Shown here one piece after another: positions 23,401 to 36,433 of a stretch of DNA of 64,000 nucleotides (its first letter is position 1; every line of letters starts with the position of its first letter). This DNA is from Heteronotia binoei (lineage: Eukaryota). Where the stretch lies: contig NC_083230.1 in NCBI RefSeq assembly GCF_032191835.1, positions 65,968,001 through 66,032,000 of the forward strand, in the 5' to 3' direction. Under the pieces are notes generated by a model, which was not told the origin of the DNA, ran no database searches, and saw nothing but the letters and a program-made list of their open reading frames with translations. Made by a program: the position numbers and the translations under genes.

Positions 23401-25987
23401 CAATTCCTATCCATTTTGCCTTTTCCCCACACAACTACAAAGATGCATAGAAGCAGTTCAGTTTTTGTTGGAAGCCATTCAAATTGCCTTCCGTATGTTT
23501 GCCAAAATTTGGTGGTCCACAGCCAAACCAGAATCTTGGCAAATAACTTCCATTCCAATAATTTACTCTGTTCTTGTTAGCATAATTCCACCCATATCCT
23601 AAGCCTGGCTTCACTTTGGAGTGTTTGAGAGGACCGGATGGAGGAGACAGGCTCATGACTTCCTGAGACATGAGATTCTAAGTCTTTAATAATAATTCAT
23701 TAGTGTGTGCACTGTGAAAAGCAGACAAGGAAGCCACGTTCATGTAGACATCCAAGCAAGCTACCAATACAAATGTTTTCAATTAAACTTGGTTTAATTG
23801 AGACTTGGTTTTAATCAAAGTTTAAAAGCTATAATAGTGGCAAGGAGATGCACAAAAATAATTTTCCTTTAAGGTTCTTAAAGTTAAATTGGAAAATATG
23901 CCTTCTCTTGAATGGCTTCTTGTAGCCTGTGGTGCATTGCTTCTCTGGAAAAGTGTCATTTAAACAGTTCATGTATTCTAATATATTTTAAAAGCCGTTG
24001 CATGTCCTTCATGTTAGCACTTTCAGCAGCAATCGGATGGATACAATGTAAGAGTTTATGCATTGCGTCCTACCATTCCTATTATAGCTTGGTCATATGT
24101 ATGCTTGCTGAGAAGTTAAAACACATACAGCATGCCTAGGACTGAAACCACAGTTATGTTAATAGATAATTTGGAAAATGGCACACTATTAGCAAACTGA
24201 ATGTGTGGTGAAGGTTGGTATGTCAATCAAATATTGTTAGTTGTGGCTACTTATCTGCCCATGGTCAGATAACTGTCTAATGCCAATAATGTCCCTGTGA
24301 AAGTAGCAGTTTTCCTTTTTAATTTCATGATGGTATGAGTAGTTAGCAAGGGCAGGCTTGAAGAGCCCTACAGTAACCACTTTTCATACTATCTTTTATA
24401 TAACTTCAGGCATATCCAAATATGAACACAATGATCTTTGGTACTGTCTAGGGCTGCCTCTAGCCCCCATCTTGAAGAACTGTACAGGTTGATATATCCA
24501 CCTTTTAGAAACTAACTTTTGCTTTTTAATAGCTGCCTATGTAGTCAATTTTAATTTTATTTTATTGGAAATTGTAGGATGACTTCTGGCATTCCATGGT
24601 AAAAACCAGTTCACTGATCAGTGAATTGTTCACATCTATAGAAAATCATCGTAACATTGTTAAAGCAGGCAATAGTTCGTTAACTTTTTTTAAGGTTTAT
24701 TTTGAAACTATGAAATGAACTGATTTTTATAATAGGTGTTAAACTTGGGTTAAAATGTCTTTGTTATGATGAAGTTAATGGTTAAAAATATTTGACTGGT
24801 CCATTCACCAAATCTTTTTTTACTAGTCATAGGGTCAGCCTTAGGTTACAAATCAGCAGCCCTCTGAAAAATAAAAAGGTTCTTTGTGCTATTCAAAATG
24901 TATGGCATATAACTGGTTTAATCCACAGAGCGATAAGCACTTTTATCCATTGGACCATGAATTTCAGTGAGAAATGTTTAAAGCAAAGATGTGGGATGGA
25001 TCAGGTCTACCCAGCATTCTTATCTGGCCCATGAGCAGCCACCTCCCTCCTCCTCCTCCCTGCTGGTGCTCTGCTCCACAACCACTGAGCTCCCAGCTCT
25101 TTTCCTCCCCGACCACAGTTACTCTGCTTCTTTTTATTCTTCCCCCTCTGATCACATTCCCCTCTCTCTTCCCCATCTCTGGCTGCCTTCCCATCTCAGC
25201 TTCCAACCCAAGGCATGGGTGGCTGATTGGGCAAAGGCAGGGCCCAAGGCAGCCCTGGTTTAAAATGTCATTCAGCAGTCACACGGGTTATTCATTATTG
25301 AGTTGTGTGTACACTGATGACTACATGTGTTTGCTTTTATCTTGAAGTAAATTTGAAGATAAAAAAAGATATGATTTCGTTGTCCTTTATAAGACAACAG
25401 TGACAAATTTTGTTATGCTGGATTTTGCTGAGAAAACATGTTCCAGCTTTTCTGATTTTTTTATCTCTCAGCGTAAAACTGTTGTTCAACCCATCATTTT
25501 TATTGTTCTAAAGTGACAAAGATATCCTTAAATTTGACAGTGGCTAAAGTTGCTGTCCATAACTGCTGTTGTACTGCCCTGACGCGTGCTGTGCCGGCAA
25601 CAGAATTCTTGCAAAGCAGAGATATGTGTGGAATCAAGAATATCACATGGCCTTTAGTTGCATAATCTCTGTCAGAACTGTTTTGAGTGGCTGGTGCTGC
25701 TATAATGTTTGCAAAGCAGCCAGGATTCGTATAAAAGATTCTGCCATTCATTCAAATTTATTCACTATACTTACTTTATGCTGTCTCACATTGGTTTCAT
25801 CTGGGTTGTATTGATTTTATCTTATTGTGTGGTGCTTTGGGAATGCAGAATTAAAAAGTGGCCTGTGAATTGAAGAAAAAATAAATCAATCTTGGTAATG
25901 TGTAGATTTTAGCTGTTAGTACAGTGTACTGAGTGGTGATTAAAGATGTGCTTTCTTCTAAAACTAAACCTTGTTTTCTCTCTTTAG

Positions 25988-26160
25988 TACACCTTGCCTA
26001 TTCTATGGGATACAGTATTACAGATTCTCCAAGGCAAAGGAAGCATTCCTTACTGTATGCTTCAAATGCTGTTGAAACTAATTGTTCTGATGTTTAGCAC
26101 ACTACTGCTTGTTGTGATCAGAGTCCAAGTTATACAGTCACAACTGCCAGTGTTTACAAG
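25988..26160 (+). CDS. TMTC3: TMTC3 exon 6 (YTLPILW...SQLPVFTR)
   Basis: ctttag|TACACC...ACAAG|gtaaaa; 173 nt. Confidence 0.96.
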
Positions 26161-26567
26161 GTAAAACCCTGTACTGAATGGTATAAAATTCTTCTAAAAC
26201 ATTAGGTTTGCTGATAGGCAATAGAATTGCCTATAAGATATCTACGACTTGGATTTATTGCAATGTTCTGCTATACTACTGTGAAAAACGTCTCTGAAAA
26301 TAAATATTCTTCTGCATTAAATAAAAGGAATTTCAGTGCCATACTATGGTGGCAAAAAACTAGCTATAAGAAAAGCCAGATTGAATAAAAAGTCTGCATT
26401 AAAGAGACTTATTAGTATACTAACAATAATTTTATTATTCCGCTTTAAAATATGATTTTGTCTGTTCTTGGTGGAAGGCATATACACATAAATATCAAAC
26501 AGGACAGTAGGAAAGGAGATGCCTAAAGAAGTTTGTGTGCCCTGCACTTAACTTTAAAGTTGAACAA

Positions 26568-26665
26568 AGCAGGAGTCAAGTGGCACCTTTAGGACCAACC
26601 AATTTTTTATTTAGAACGTAAGCTTTCGTGTGCTCTTAAGCACACTTCATCAGAAGAGGAATCCA
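26568..26665 (-). mobile_element. Penelope-like terminal fragment abutting a CR1
   Basis: Same terminal motif as 19028-19120. Confidence 0.8.
26617..26656 (-). ncRNA. Minimal hammerhead motif with an intact core and a perfect 6-bp stem II
   Basis: CUU CUGAUGA A GUGUGC UUAAGA GCACAC GAAA GCUU ACG; stem I has mismatches. Confidence 0.62.
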
Positions 26666-26679
26666 GAAGAGGAATCCCT

Positions 26680-27090
26680 TTCTCACAATACAAGAACTTG
26701 TGGGCATTCAATGAAATTGCTGAGCAGTCAGGTTAGAACTTATAAAAGGAAGTACTTCTTCACCCAAAGGATGACTAACATGTGGAATTCACTGCCACAG
26801 GAGGTGGTGGCGGCTACAAGCATAGACAGCTTCAAGAGGGGAATGGATAAGCATATGGAGCAGAGGTCCATCAGTGGCTATTAGACGCAGTGTATTGTTG
26901 GAACTCTTTCTGGGGCAGTGATGCTATGTATTCTTGTGCTTGGGGGCAGGGAGAGCACAGTGGAAGGGCTTCTAGCCCCACTGGTGGACCTCTTGATGGC
27001 ACTTGGTTTTTTTAGCCATTGTGTGACACAGAGTATTGGACTGGATGGGCCATTGGCCTGATCCAACATGACTTCTCTTATGTTCTTATG
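26680..27090 (+). mobile_element. CR1 LINE 3' end
   Basis: SHNTRTCGHSMKLLSSQVR...FFTQRMTNMWNSLPQEVVAATSIDSFKRG; TTATGTTCTTATGTTC tail. Confidence 0.9.
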
Positions 27091-27224
27091 TTCAACAGCT
27101 ATGCAATAAAATTTTACTATTTTGTTTTAGTATGCCAAGGATTCCCTTGATGTTCAGCAATTCACCAGGAACAGAGATTTCAAACTGCACAGATTTTTTG
27201 CATTTTTTTAACATTCTCATCTTA

Positions 27225-27486
27225 GAGAGCCAGTTTGGTGTAGTGGTTAAGTGCACAGACTCATATCTGGGAGAACCAGGTTTGATTCCCCACTCCTCCA
27301 CTTGCAGCTACTGGAATGGCCTTGGGTCAGCCATAGCTATCACAGAGGTTGTCCTTGAAAGGGCAGCTTCTGGGAAAGCTCTCTCAGCCGCGCCCACCTC
27401 ACAGGGTGTCTGTTGTGGGGGAGGAAGGTAAAGGAGATTGTGAGCTACTCTGAGTGGAGGGCGGGATATAAATCCAATGTCGTCTT
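27225..27486 (+). mobile_element. Squam3-like SINE
   Basis: Full head-to-tail copy. Confidence 0.9.
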
Positions 27487-27585
27487 AAATTCCTGTGTCT
27501 GGAAATCAAAATCTGCTGCTGCAGTTTCATGGAATTGCCTTTTAGAGGGTTTGGAGTGATTGTGTATGTTTTTGTTTTAATTTAG

Positions 27586-27838
27586 GTTTGATAATCCAGC
27601 TGCTGTAAGCCCCTTTCCTGCAAGGCAGCTCACTTTCAACTACCTCCTCCCTGTAAATGCTTGGTTGCTTCTAAATCCTTCAGAACTGTGTTGCGATTGG
27701 ACAATGGGCACCATACCACTTGTAGAGACTCTTCTGGATGTAAGAAATATTGCTACAATCACCTTCTTCTGTTTTTTGGGATCTTTGCTCATGTTCAGCC
27801 TCTGGTATCCTGGGGATTCCTCTAAGACTGTACTGATG
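27586..27838 (+). CDS. TMTC3: TMTC3 exon 7 (FDNPAAVSP...[13 protein letters not shown]...KTVLM)
   Basis: atttag|GTTTGAT...CTGATG|gtaaga; 253 nt; FDNPA and CCDW motifs. Confidence 0.97.
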
Positions 27839-29593
27839 GTAAGAAATACGCTCCTTGTGCTTAACCTGAAACATCTAACAAGAACAGTGTTTTACTGTGC
27901 ACTAGAATTGTGCTATAAGAACAGAGACTGTAGCCAACAATAACATAAGCAAACTATCTTGACCAGCTTTGCTAATAAGTATTTTGAGTATAGTCACACT
28001 GTCCATGCTCCACTGCTCATCCTGTCTCTATGCTGCTGCTGCTTTATGTGAAAGAAAGAAGACATTCCCCTGGTATGCTGGCCAGGCAAGCTGTCACAGC
28101 AGAGTTTTCTGTTTCCCTTCTAGTAGTAGAATACATTCTTTACAGCTAGAAAAGAGACCGCTCCATATGCAGACAATGTAACATAGGCCTGTATTTAAAA
28201 GACCAGGGCTATGGAGGCTGTACATAAGATTCACTTTGCTTCCTCTCTAGCCTTTGAGGAACCAAAGCATATTAAGGCCAGAATGAGATGTATGTATGTA
28301 GCTGTAATAGTGCAGTGCTATGTAAACACAATCAGTTAAATGGCAGTTGTGCATATGATGCAGCCATTGGAGACTTACCTAACTGGAGGTAGTTGTGGGG
28401 TTTTTTTACAGTAAAGCATAAGATGTGTTTGAAATGCCCTGAAAAGATGGACTGTCTCATAAAGTTGTCATATAAGAAAGATAAGCTATAATTTATTTCT
28501 TTTAAAATACTGCACAGATTAGATTAGCAGGTTTAGGCTCACTATTTAGAAATACTGAGCTTTGATCATTTGCTTGATTTAGAGAGAAAAACAAATATCA
28601 GAAAGGAAAATAAGTGCCAAATTCTTTGATCTGATATTTTCAGTTTATAGTTTTCCTATTAAGATGTCTGGTGTTTTCATTCAGTATGTTTCTCCCATTA
28701 CATGAAGGATCCGTTTTTATAATGGAACCTTTTTACAGGCTTCTGTATTACGAATCTGCATCTGAAAAGCTCTTCAAGTATACTGCCAGACAAATCAAAT
28801 TGCCTCAAGGGCCATTTACCAGAAAATGGAGATGCATTAGTCTATATTAGCATTTTTCCTTAAAGTGCTGCTTAAACTGGTTAAAAGAAGGTAATACAAT
28901 TCTCCCCTTTAATAGCCGTTGTGAATGGACTGAGTATATTTACCTCTTAAGGGGAAATACACCAGGGGGGCTTGTGTTGTCTGGTCTCACTATTATAGTG
29001 ATCAGTTCCTGTTGTATCTGTACTGTTTTATGCTCCCCAGCTCAGCATCTTTGCTTCCTTGGTTCCAACAGCTAAATGTATCCCAGTTCAGTGTATGTGA
29101 AAGGAAGAGTGGAATTAGTAGCGCCTGATGTGAATTAATATAACCCCTCTTTATTGCCAAGTTTGGCTGCATCAGACAAATTCTTAATGTCCAGGCTCTT
29201 ACGTAGTTTGCGGTATTCATGCATACAGATTGCAATACCTATTTCTCTGTTCTTTATCAGGCTTCCCAGAATGTGATGTTTTGTTCTTGAACATTGCAAC
29301 AAGTAGAGCTGCATTAGTTCAGCACTCAAAAAAATGCTGTTGTAGCTAGTAGGTTGATACATTGTTTATTTGTAGTTAAGATTATTAGTGGCATGTGTTA
29401 CATTATGCCTCCAAGAATGAATCTTGTTTTGCCATTTTTGTCCTGTTTTATGGCCTATCTTTAATTTTCCACAGTCTGCTTTGCAGCGTAACTTTGCATT
29501 TAGAGACGTTGCCCTGTAGACTTATTGTCCCTTTGTGTAACACAAAACATTGGCTTTTTATCAGGCTACAATGATGTCATACAATGATGTTAA

Positions 29594-29803
29594 GGGAGGG
29601 ACGGTGGCTCAGTGGTAGAGCATCTGCTTGGGAAGCAGAAGGTCCCAGGTTCAATCCCTGGCATCTCCAAAAAAAGGGTCCAGGCAAATAGGTGTGAAAA
29701 ACCTCAGCTTGAGACCCTGGAGAGCCGCTGCCAGTCTGAGAAGACAATACTGACTTTGATGGACCGAGGGTCTGATTCAGTATAAGGCAGCTTCATATGT
29801 TCA
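29594..29803 (+). mobile_element. tRNA-derived SINE (Squam2-like), full length
   Basis: A-box TGGCTCAGTGG, B-box GGTTCAATCC, then a non-tRNA body; partial copies at 11095-11281, 14640-14830 and 39295-39377. Confidence 0.85.
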
Positions 29804-31449
29804 TACCTGTAGCACTGGAAACAGAATGAACATTAGGCATGTGTGCATTCACACACTTGTCCTAGGAATGAACCAAGATTGGCAAATGGCAAGAATGCTG
29901 GAAGCTGCTGTTACCTGAGAATTTTAACTAATTTCAATACAGGAGTAGTCCCTGAGGTGATCCAAGCAATTTGGATAATCTTGAAGCATTATGAGGCATT
30001 TTTTGCTTTTTTTTACAGCACACTTATTTTGCAGCTTTGACATACTACAGCAGTGGTATTCTAGGAATGTAACTTGCACTTCAGATGGATTTAATGCATT
30101 TGTGTTACATGAAGCGATTATACGGGATACTTCAGCAAGTGTGACAAGAACGAGTGCAATTCTTAGAATTTAATCTTTAAGTTAAATGTGAACAACTTGT
30201 CAAAGGATTTAGAGGCCTTGTAGGGATGGGAGAATGCTGGGAAAGTAATCAATCTATATTTAGCACCAAGGAAACAAGTATGCTGGGTTCAAAGTAATTT
30301 AATACAATTGCAAGTCTTTGAGATTCAATATAGCTTGAGCTGAAGATGGAGATAGAGAATAGGGCACTCCTTTTCCTTGCCAAGCATCCCCCTTGTTTGT
30401 TTCTTCAGCAGACACTGCTGGTGGGTCTTTATATTTCTTCAAGTTAGAGACCTGTGTGGCTTTTGTTCTTTTCAAAGGCATTTTTGTCCAAAGTTTGACA
30501 GGGATCTGGATCACCAAGGCAAGACCATGCTTGACTCCTCACTGCCGCTATCTGAATGCTAGAGTACCTCAAACAATACAGGACTTCATAGCAAAAAGCC
30601 AGTCTGCGATTGGGGATGCTGTATGTTACAGGAGCAGGCCAGAACTCGTTGACTCTTGTCTTTCCTGTTATGCCCCATTCAGTATTTGCTCCAAACAGAT
30701 GAGGCTGTTCCAAGCTAATACATTATTCATATAATGCCAATGAATATAAAATAACTGGTCCTTCCCACTATCATGTAAACCCTGGAGTGGGGATACATGT
30801 GGCAATGGAAGCTTATACTATAAGGGAAGACGCAGTTCCATCCCAAATGAGAAATGTATATCTGTAAGCCAGTGCTAGTCACAGTGAATCCTGCAAGCTG
30901 CCATGGCTTTGGTCCATAAAATGGTGAGGAAGGGTGTAGCACAGTTCTGCTGCTGAAGCTAAACAGGTCTGGCCATGCATCCTGCCTGAACAGGAGTACC
31001 TGTGAGCTTGGTGGGGGAAGAGAGGGCTATAAAACTGTTGGCATATTATAGGATAAGGAAACCAGTTGCATGAAATAAAACATTCAAAATCCCTGAATTT
31101 TTAAAAAGTTTTTCAGAATGCTTCCTTAAAGTCAAGAGAAGCTGAGTTCTCTGTAAGGAACACCTAGCTCATTTCACTTATTCCTTGTATTGTTTCTAAA
31201 CATAATATACAGTATTTTACTTTACTGCAGTTGATATATAGAGCAATGTGGTTGACAGCTAGTGAATTATGCACTCAATACATATGTTCCACATTAGATG
31301 TTCTGTCATACTTCCAGAATTGAAATTTATACTTGAGCTGCACTAAATATAATTTGGATTTCTTTAATAACTATGTAAGCATTCTCAGCTCTGAGTTACT
31401 AGTTAGTGTTTGTGTGTCTTTTTGTTTTGTTTTGTTTTTGCTTTTTTAG

Positions 31450-31598
31450 GCACTTTGTTTAATAGTGTTGCCATTCATCCCAGCATCAAATCTTTTTTTT
31501 CCTGTTGGCTTCGTAGTAGCAGAGCGAGTGTTATATGTTCCCAGCATGGGATTCTGCATGCTAGTAGCCCATGGGTGGAGAAAGCTGTCAAGCAACAG
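31450..31598 (+). CDS. TMTC3: TMTC3 exon 8 ([34 protein letters not shown]...)
   Basis: ttttag|GCACTT...AACAG|gtaggt; 149 nt; AERVLY motif. Confidence 0.97.
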
Positions 31599-32703
31599 GT
31601 AGGTTAAAAGTTACAGCAGGTGGGTGGGGGAATGTGGGTTTGAGTGGCAATTGCTGTTGTGAAGTTTCATGCATGGCAAGTTGTCTCAATGGCTTACTCT
31701 TCACTGGCTTTATCATCTTATTCCATTGCTGACATATAGTAAGCATGTGAAGAAAACTTGTATACTAGACACTGCCTTGCTCTATACAATTCCATTTGCA
31801 GTAAGAAGAGGAAATTACTTTTAATAGATGTTCTCTCTATGAAATATTAGTTTCTTCTTTGAAAAAAAATTGTTTTTATCTGGCCTTGTAGTCACATGTG
31901 GCTGTTGTGCTTTTAAAAAAAAATTGTCCTTTTAAAAGGATGTGCTGGCATCCTTTGATCTGGCAAGGGGAGCTTTCTTTGCCTCTTGAGAAGCTCATAC
32001 CCTGAAAATCTTGTTGGTCTCTAAGGTGCCACTGGACTTGACTCTAACTACTCATGTTTAAACAATCTTCTGAAATGTTTACCCAGCTTTATCTCCCCCC
32101 CATATCAGCTGTTCCTAAGCAACCAAAAATGGCAACATTAATCCCCCTGTTTTAAGTAATGTGTCAGTTGAAAGGATTTAAAATAACCTGAAATGGACAC
32201 CCATTGAGTCCAAAGAATTTAAAAATTTCTGAAAGTCTCCTTGCTTCATTTGCTTTCTTTTTCTATCTACTTCTGTTGCTTTACATAGTTAAATATCAAT
32301 CTATTTTTCAAGTAGGATGAAAATGGCTGGGTGGCACCTGTGCAGTGCGCTCCTCCGAGGAGCTCACTGTGCAGGTGCCGGATTTTTTCATATTAAACAA
32401 TTATCCAATATAAATGTCAATCTATTTTTCAAATAGGATGATTTTTTATTTTGTATTATAATGCACTGCTTTTCTGAAATACAAATTATGCAGTACCAGC
32501 ATTGTATGGGCAAGAATCAGCAGGTGAGAAGATGTCTCCATTGACTGAACATGTAAACTTAAATTTACAACTCAATAAGAAATTATGTGTTTTACATCTA
32601 TACCTGTCTGAAGGGATAATTCTGTTTTCAGTCATTCTGGCAACTTTATAGTTTCTCAAGTTTATTTTGAGGTGGATATAGCTGTGTTGGTCTGAAGCAG
32701 CCA

Positions 32704-32786
32704 AACAAAGTTTGAGTCCAGTGGCACCTTTATATTCTGAGTAAGACCTCTTAGCCTTAAAGGTGCCACTGGACTCAAACTTTGTT
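32704..32786. repeat. Perfect 29-bp inverted repeat (25-nt spacer) formed from two opposed PLE termini
   Basis: AACAAAGTTTGAGTCCAGTGGCACCTTTA ... TAAAGGTGCCACTGGACTCAAACTTTGTT. Confidence 0.9.
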
Positions 32787-33850
32787 CACTTTATATTGGT
32801 TTCCTTTGAGGAAGGCAAGCTTTGAGGAGCACACATGGCATGTGGGGAAAGGGGGTGCCCAGCAGCACCCCCATAAGCCAGATGGCACCCTGTGCAGCCC
32901 CCTACCTGCCTTTATTCATGTGCCAGCTGTGGAGATGGCGTTAGTAGAGGCAGGGAGAAGATAATATATGAGCCTCAGGATTGCTTCATGGCACTCAGTG
33001 CAAGTATTATAAGTTCATACGGTCTCTTCCTTTCCCTTCTAGTTTCCCATTGTTTTGTATATAGTTTGTTAGTTCATATATATGGTTAACACTAAGTAGG
33101 AAACAAAAGGAAACTGCAAGAGAAAGGCTCATCTGAATTGTCCAAATAACGATTTGGAAGATTATTTGAACTAGGCCGCATTTATAATTGCCTGCCACCT
33201 TGCAAGACTTTTCTCCATTTGTAGCAATAGAGACCTGGTCTACATCTGCAGTGTAAGGCATATACAAATAGAGTTCTTCTGAGCACAAACAGGAAGCGCA
33301 AACAAATGCTGGGTGTGTGCTCAGATACAAACACAAGGCTGTAGATCCAAATGCGCAATTCAAGTTTCTGAAAGCTGGATTTATTTTCAGCAATTTTCCT
33401 TTAAAACCACTACAGTTGCTTTCCAACAATGTATGTGGGGCAAAATTATTTATTACAACTTACTAAGTACACTTCTAGCCTCCCTAATCCATGTAATTAG
33501 ACATCTCTTTTTATATAAAGAAACAATTAATTGGAGGAGCTGTATTTTTAAAAAACATAAGAACAAAATTAATTAGGAATATCTAAGGAGAATTTATTTC
33601 AGCAATACAAATGTTTTCTATAAAGGATGATGCTATTAACTACTGAGTCTATTTAACAAAAATATTGTAAAAATAAATTGCAAGGCATTAGATTATTAAA
33701 TGTAACTTTGTCATTGTTTCTTTCATGATATCAGTGACTGAAGCAGTGTGCTAATATCCATGAATGCCACAAATAGCCTTTTCAGTGTTTCAATAACCCT
33801 TAACAAATTAATGGGGTATTTCTTTTTTGCATGAGTGCACTAAACATAAT

Positions 33851-34550
33851 TTATGAGTGACCTTGACATGTACATGAACACAGATGTGTGCACAATAGTT
33901 CATTCTTCTGACAGGAACACTTCCCAGAACAAGTTAATCCCCCTGGAATCAGCTCAGAAACCACAGACTTGCTGTACATCTTGCAGCAGACTCCCTTCTC
34001 TCATATTTCTCTGCAGACTTTCCTTAGAGTTTGTGATAGGACCTTTATTATGGCCACCACTGTCAAATGAAGTCAAATCCAAGAAGGCCTATTTTGGTTA
34101 GCTTGGCAGATGTTTTCTTTGATCCAAAGTGTACAGTTGAACAGATTCATCAAGGCAGAACCATCAGGCGTAAGGATGAATGTATCTTTCTTCAAAAACA
34201 CTTAGTACCAGAGCTGAGTTCTTCAAGTACAGCCATGGATGGTTTTCATGTCTAGAAAGCTTGCTGAGATTGCCACTTAGTTCTAGTAAACACTCTTGAA
34301 CAGATTTGGATCATTAGTTAGAAGTTGGAGTGCTGGTGCTGTGTAACTGTAAGCACCAAATTTGCTCCAGTGGGCACTGAGAAAACAATTTCATTATGGA
34401 TGAGTTATGAAGTTTTGGCTTTGGTAAATCATGCATTCTGTCTGCAATATTATCCTTCACTATGTGGTTGATCTGTTCTATGATCGAGTTTGATTTATGG
34501 CAGATGTTGGGTTCATTTGAGAACGATGTTGCTTGGTCATTGAAGCCAAA
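33851..34550 (-). pseudogene. Possible Academ-like DNA transposase C-terminal fossil (Cys-rich CXC-type finger)
   Basis: Minus frame ends SELIPGGLTCSGKCSCQKNELLCTHLCSCTCQGHS*, preceded by a degenerate ENICQANQNRPSW; stops present. Confidence 0.4.
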
Positions 34551-35458
34551 GTGTATATTATTTCAACAGATTAAATTTAGTACAGGTCATAAATTTAACC
34601 TGCATTCTCAATGTATGTGAGACAGTTTTGTTATAGTGTTGGATTATAGACTTGAAATTGTAAATTAATAAAATGATTGGAAATGAAATCTGTTTCATAC
34701 AACTGTGAATCAAATGTAACCTGATATAATGTGTTGCATATTTACTGAAAAGATTCAAAATTTAAATTGGCTATATGTAAGTAAAAGACATGTGAACCCT
34801 AAAAAATTATCCTCTGCTAATAACAAATGAACCTCCATCCTTGATAAGCATGAGAGGGTCAGTTGGCATAGTGAGTTGGATCATACCATTTCATTGTGTC
34901 TCTAAGTCGCATTCCACTGTTAGCTGCCCTGAGTCCATACGTGGAAAGGACAGGATATAAGTTTAAATAAATAAAATAGACACTCTTGCATTGATGTCCA
35001 AAGCCTTTTACCTGCAGAATATGTTGGCACTCATGTACGGTAATTAAATGATAGGATCTATCCCACTGTTTCCAAATCCTAAATTGCTTGATCATTTTGA
35101 AGTGCCTTTAGGAAACTATCCTTTTACTTCAGGTTTTCATGCTGCCATTAAACATTCTATACTGCTAATGTAATGTGTTTATTAAAATACACAAAATAAG
35201 AGTTAACGGTGCTTCATTTCCACTGGTCAATTTATATAGGTTTGAAAACTGCTTTCCCAGCAGCTGTCTCATACACATTGAGAATGCAGGTTAAATTTAT
35301 GACCTGTACTAAATTTAATCTGTTGAAATAATATGCACTTTGAAATACAACCATCACCCCATGGCCATGTTAGAAAATGGCCACCATTGTCAAATGAAGT
35401 CAAATCCAAGAAGGCCTATTTTGGTCAGCTTGGCAGATGTTTTCTTTGATCCAAAGTG
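34051..35458. repeat. 81-bp direct repeat (34051-34131 / 35378-35458) plus 79-bp inverted repeat (34547-34625 / 35264-35342)
   Basis: 79/81 and 76/79 identity by manual alignment. Confidence 0.88.
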
Positions 35459-35779
35459 AGCTGTTATCCATCATATAACATATCAGACTCTGAGGAGAGT
35501 CTCTGTTAAGATACTAGCAATAGAGTTTAAATTTGTAAAATAATAGGGCATTATTCCTTATTTTCAGATGAGAGATCCTGCTCATCTTTTGGTTTGCTTC
35601 CCCACTGGGTGTTTGGTCTAGCTTTGGTGATAATGGAAAAGTGCCCTTTTCCTCCCTGCTTCTACACAGCATCATTATCCCCTCATGTACCTTGACTTCC
35701 CTGGCTTTCATGCTATATTTGCTAAACATGCTTTATAACCATCTTTTTGGAAAGGTCACAGCAAAATCTGCTGAGTGGA

Positions 35780-36400
35780 TGGGATAGTCTGGCTCTATCA
35801 TGATCGTTCCCATGATGCCATTTCCCCTCCTTTAGTCCCCCACCACCACAATAGCAACATACTTCCCAGTGCCAAGTACCACTTTTTAAAGAAAGACCCC
35901 TGTGGTGATGCATGGGGAGGACTGGAGCAGGGAAAATTTGGGGAAGCCTTTTTAGCACTGTGCTTAATTGGCAGCCCCAGTACTAATGAGAAAGTCCAAG
36001 TGAATCATCTCCTTGTGGAAATCCTCTTGAGGATGCCAGTGAAAACTACACTCTTGTGGAAAATGCTCTGCAGCATTTCAGTACTAAATGTAGACTGTAC
36101 CCATTGGCAACTAGGGACATTGATGTAGAGTAGGCGGGCAGGGATAATTTACTCCTTGCTGGGCTGCATTTTTTGGTAAGAATTCTTAAACAATATGGAT
36201 GAACTGAGAACTTGAGTTGGGGAAGCTGTTTGGAGTAGCATCCCTGTGACAGGAGTAATGCAAGCTCCAGCTCAGAGTGCAGTCTACTTGGCAGTTTCAT
36301 GTATCAGGAAGGTATATGAAAGGAATTCTTTTGGTAGGTCACAATTTTGATCTGATCGTGTCTCATGATCACTGTATATTTAGGAAAGACTGCCCGGCAT
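35780..36400 (+). mobile_element. Highly degraded RT-like fragment, possibly DIRS-type
   Basis: Weak residual motifs GEAFLAL, MLCSIS, DNLLLAG and SLLGSF in roughly the expected order. Confidence 0.25.
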
Positions 36401-36433
36401 TTCTTGAAAACTGATATAATCAGCAGATTTATA

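Noticed and set aside
29594-29670. tRNA-like sequence with A and B boxes
   Set aside because: It is the head of a multi-copy SINE that continues into a non-tRNA body; there is no proper acceptor stem. The same applies to the Squam3 heads.
30300-30740. Overlapping 60-113 aa ORFs suggesting a processed pseudogene
   Set aside because: No protein family recognised; no poly(A) tail or TSD seen.
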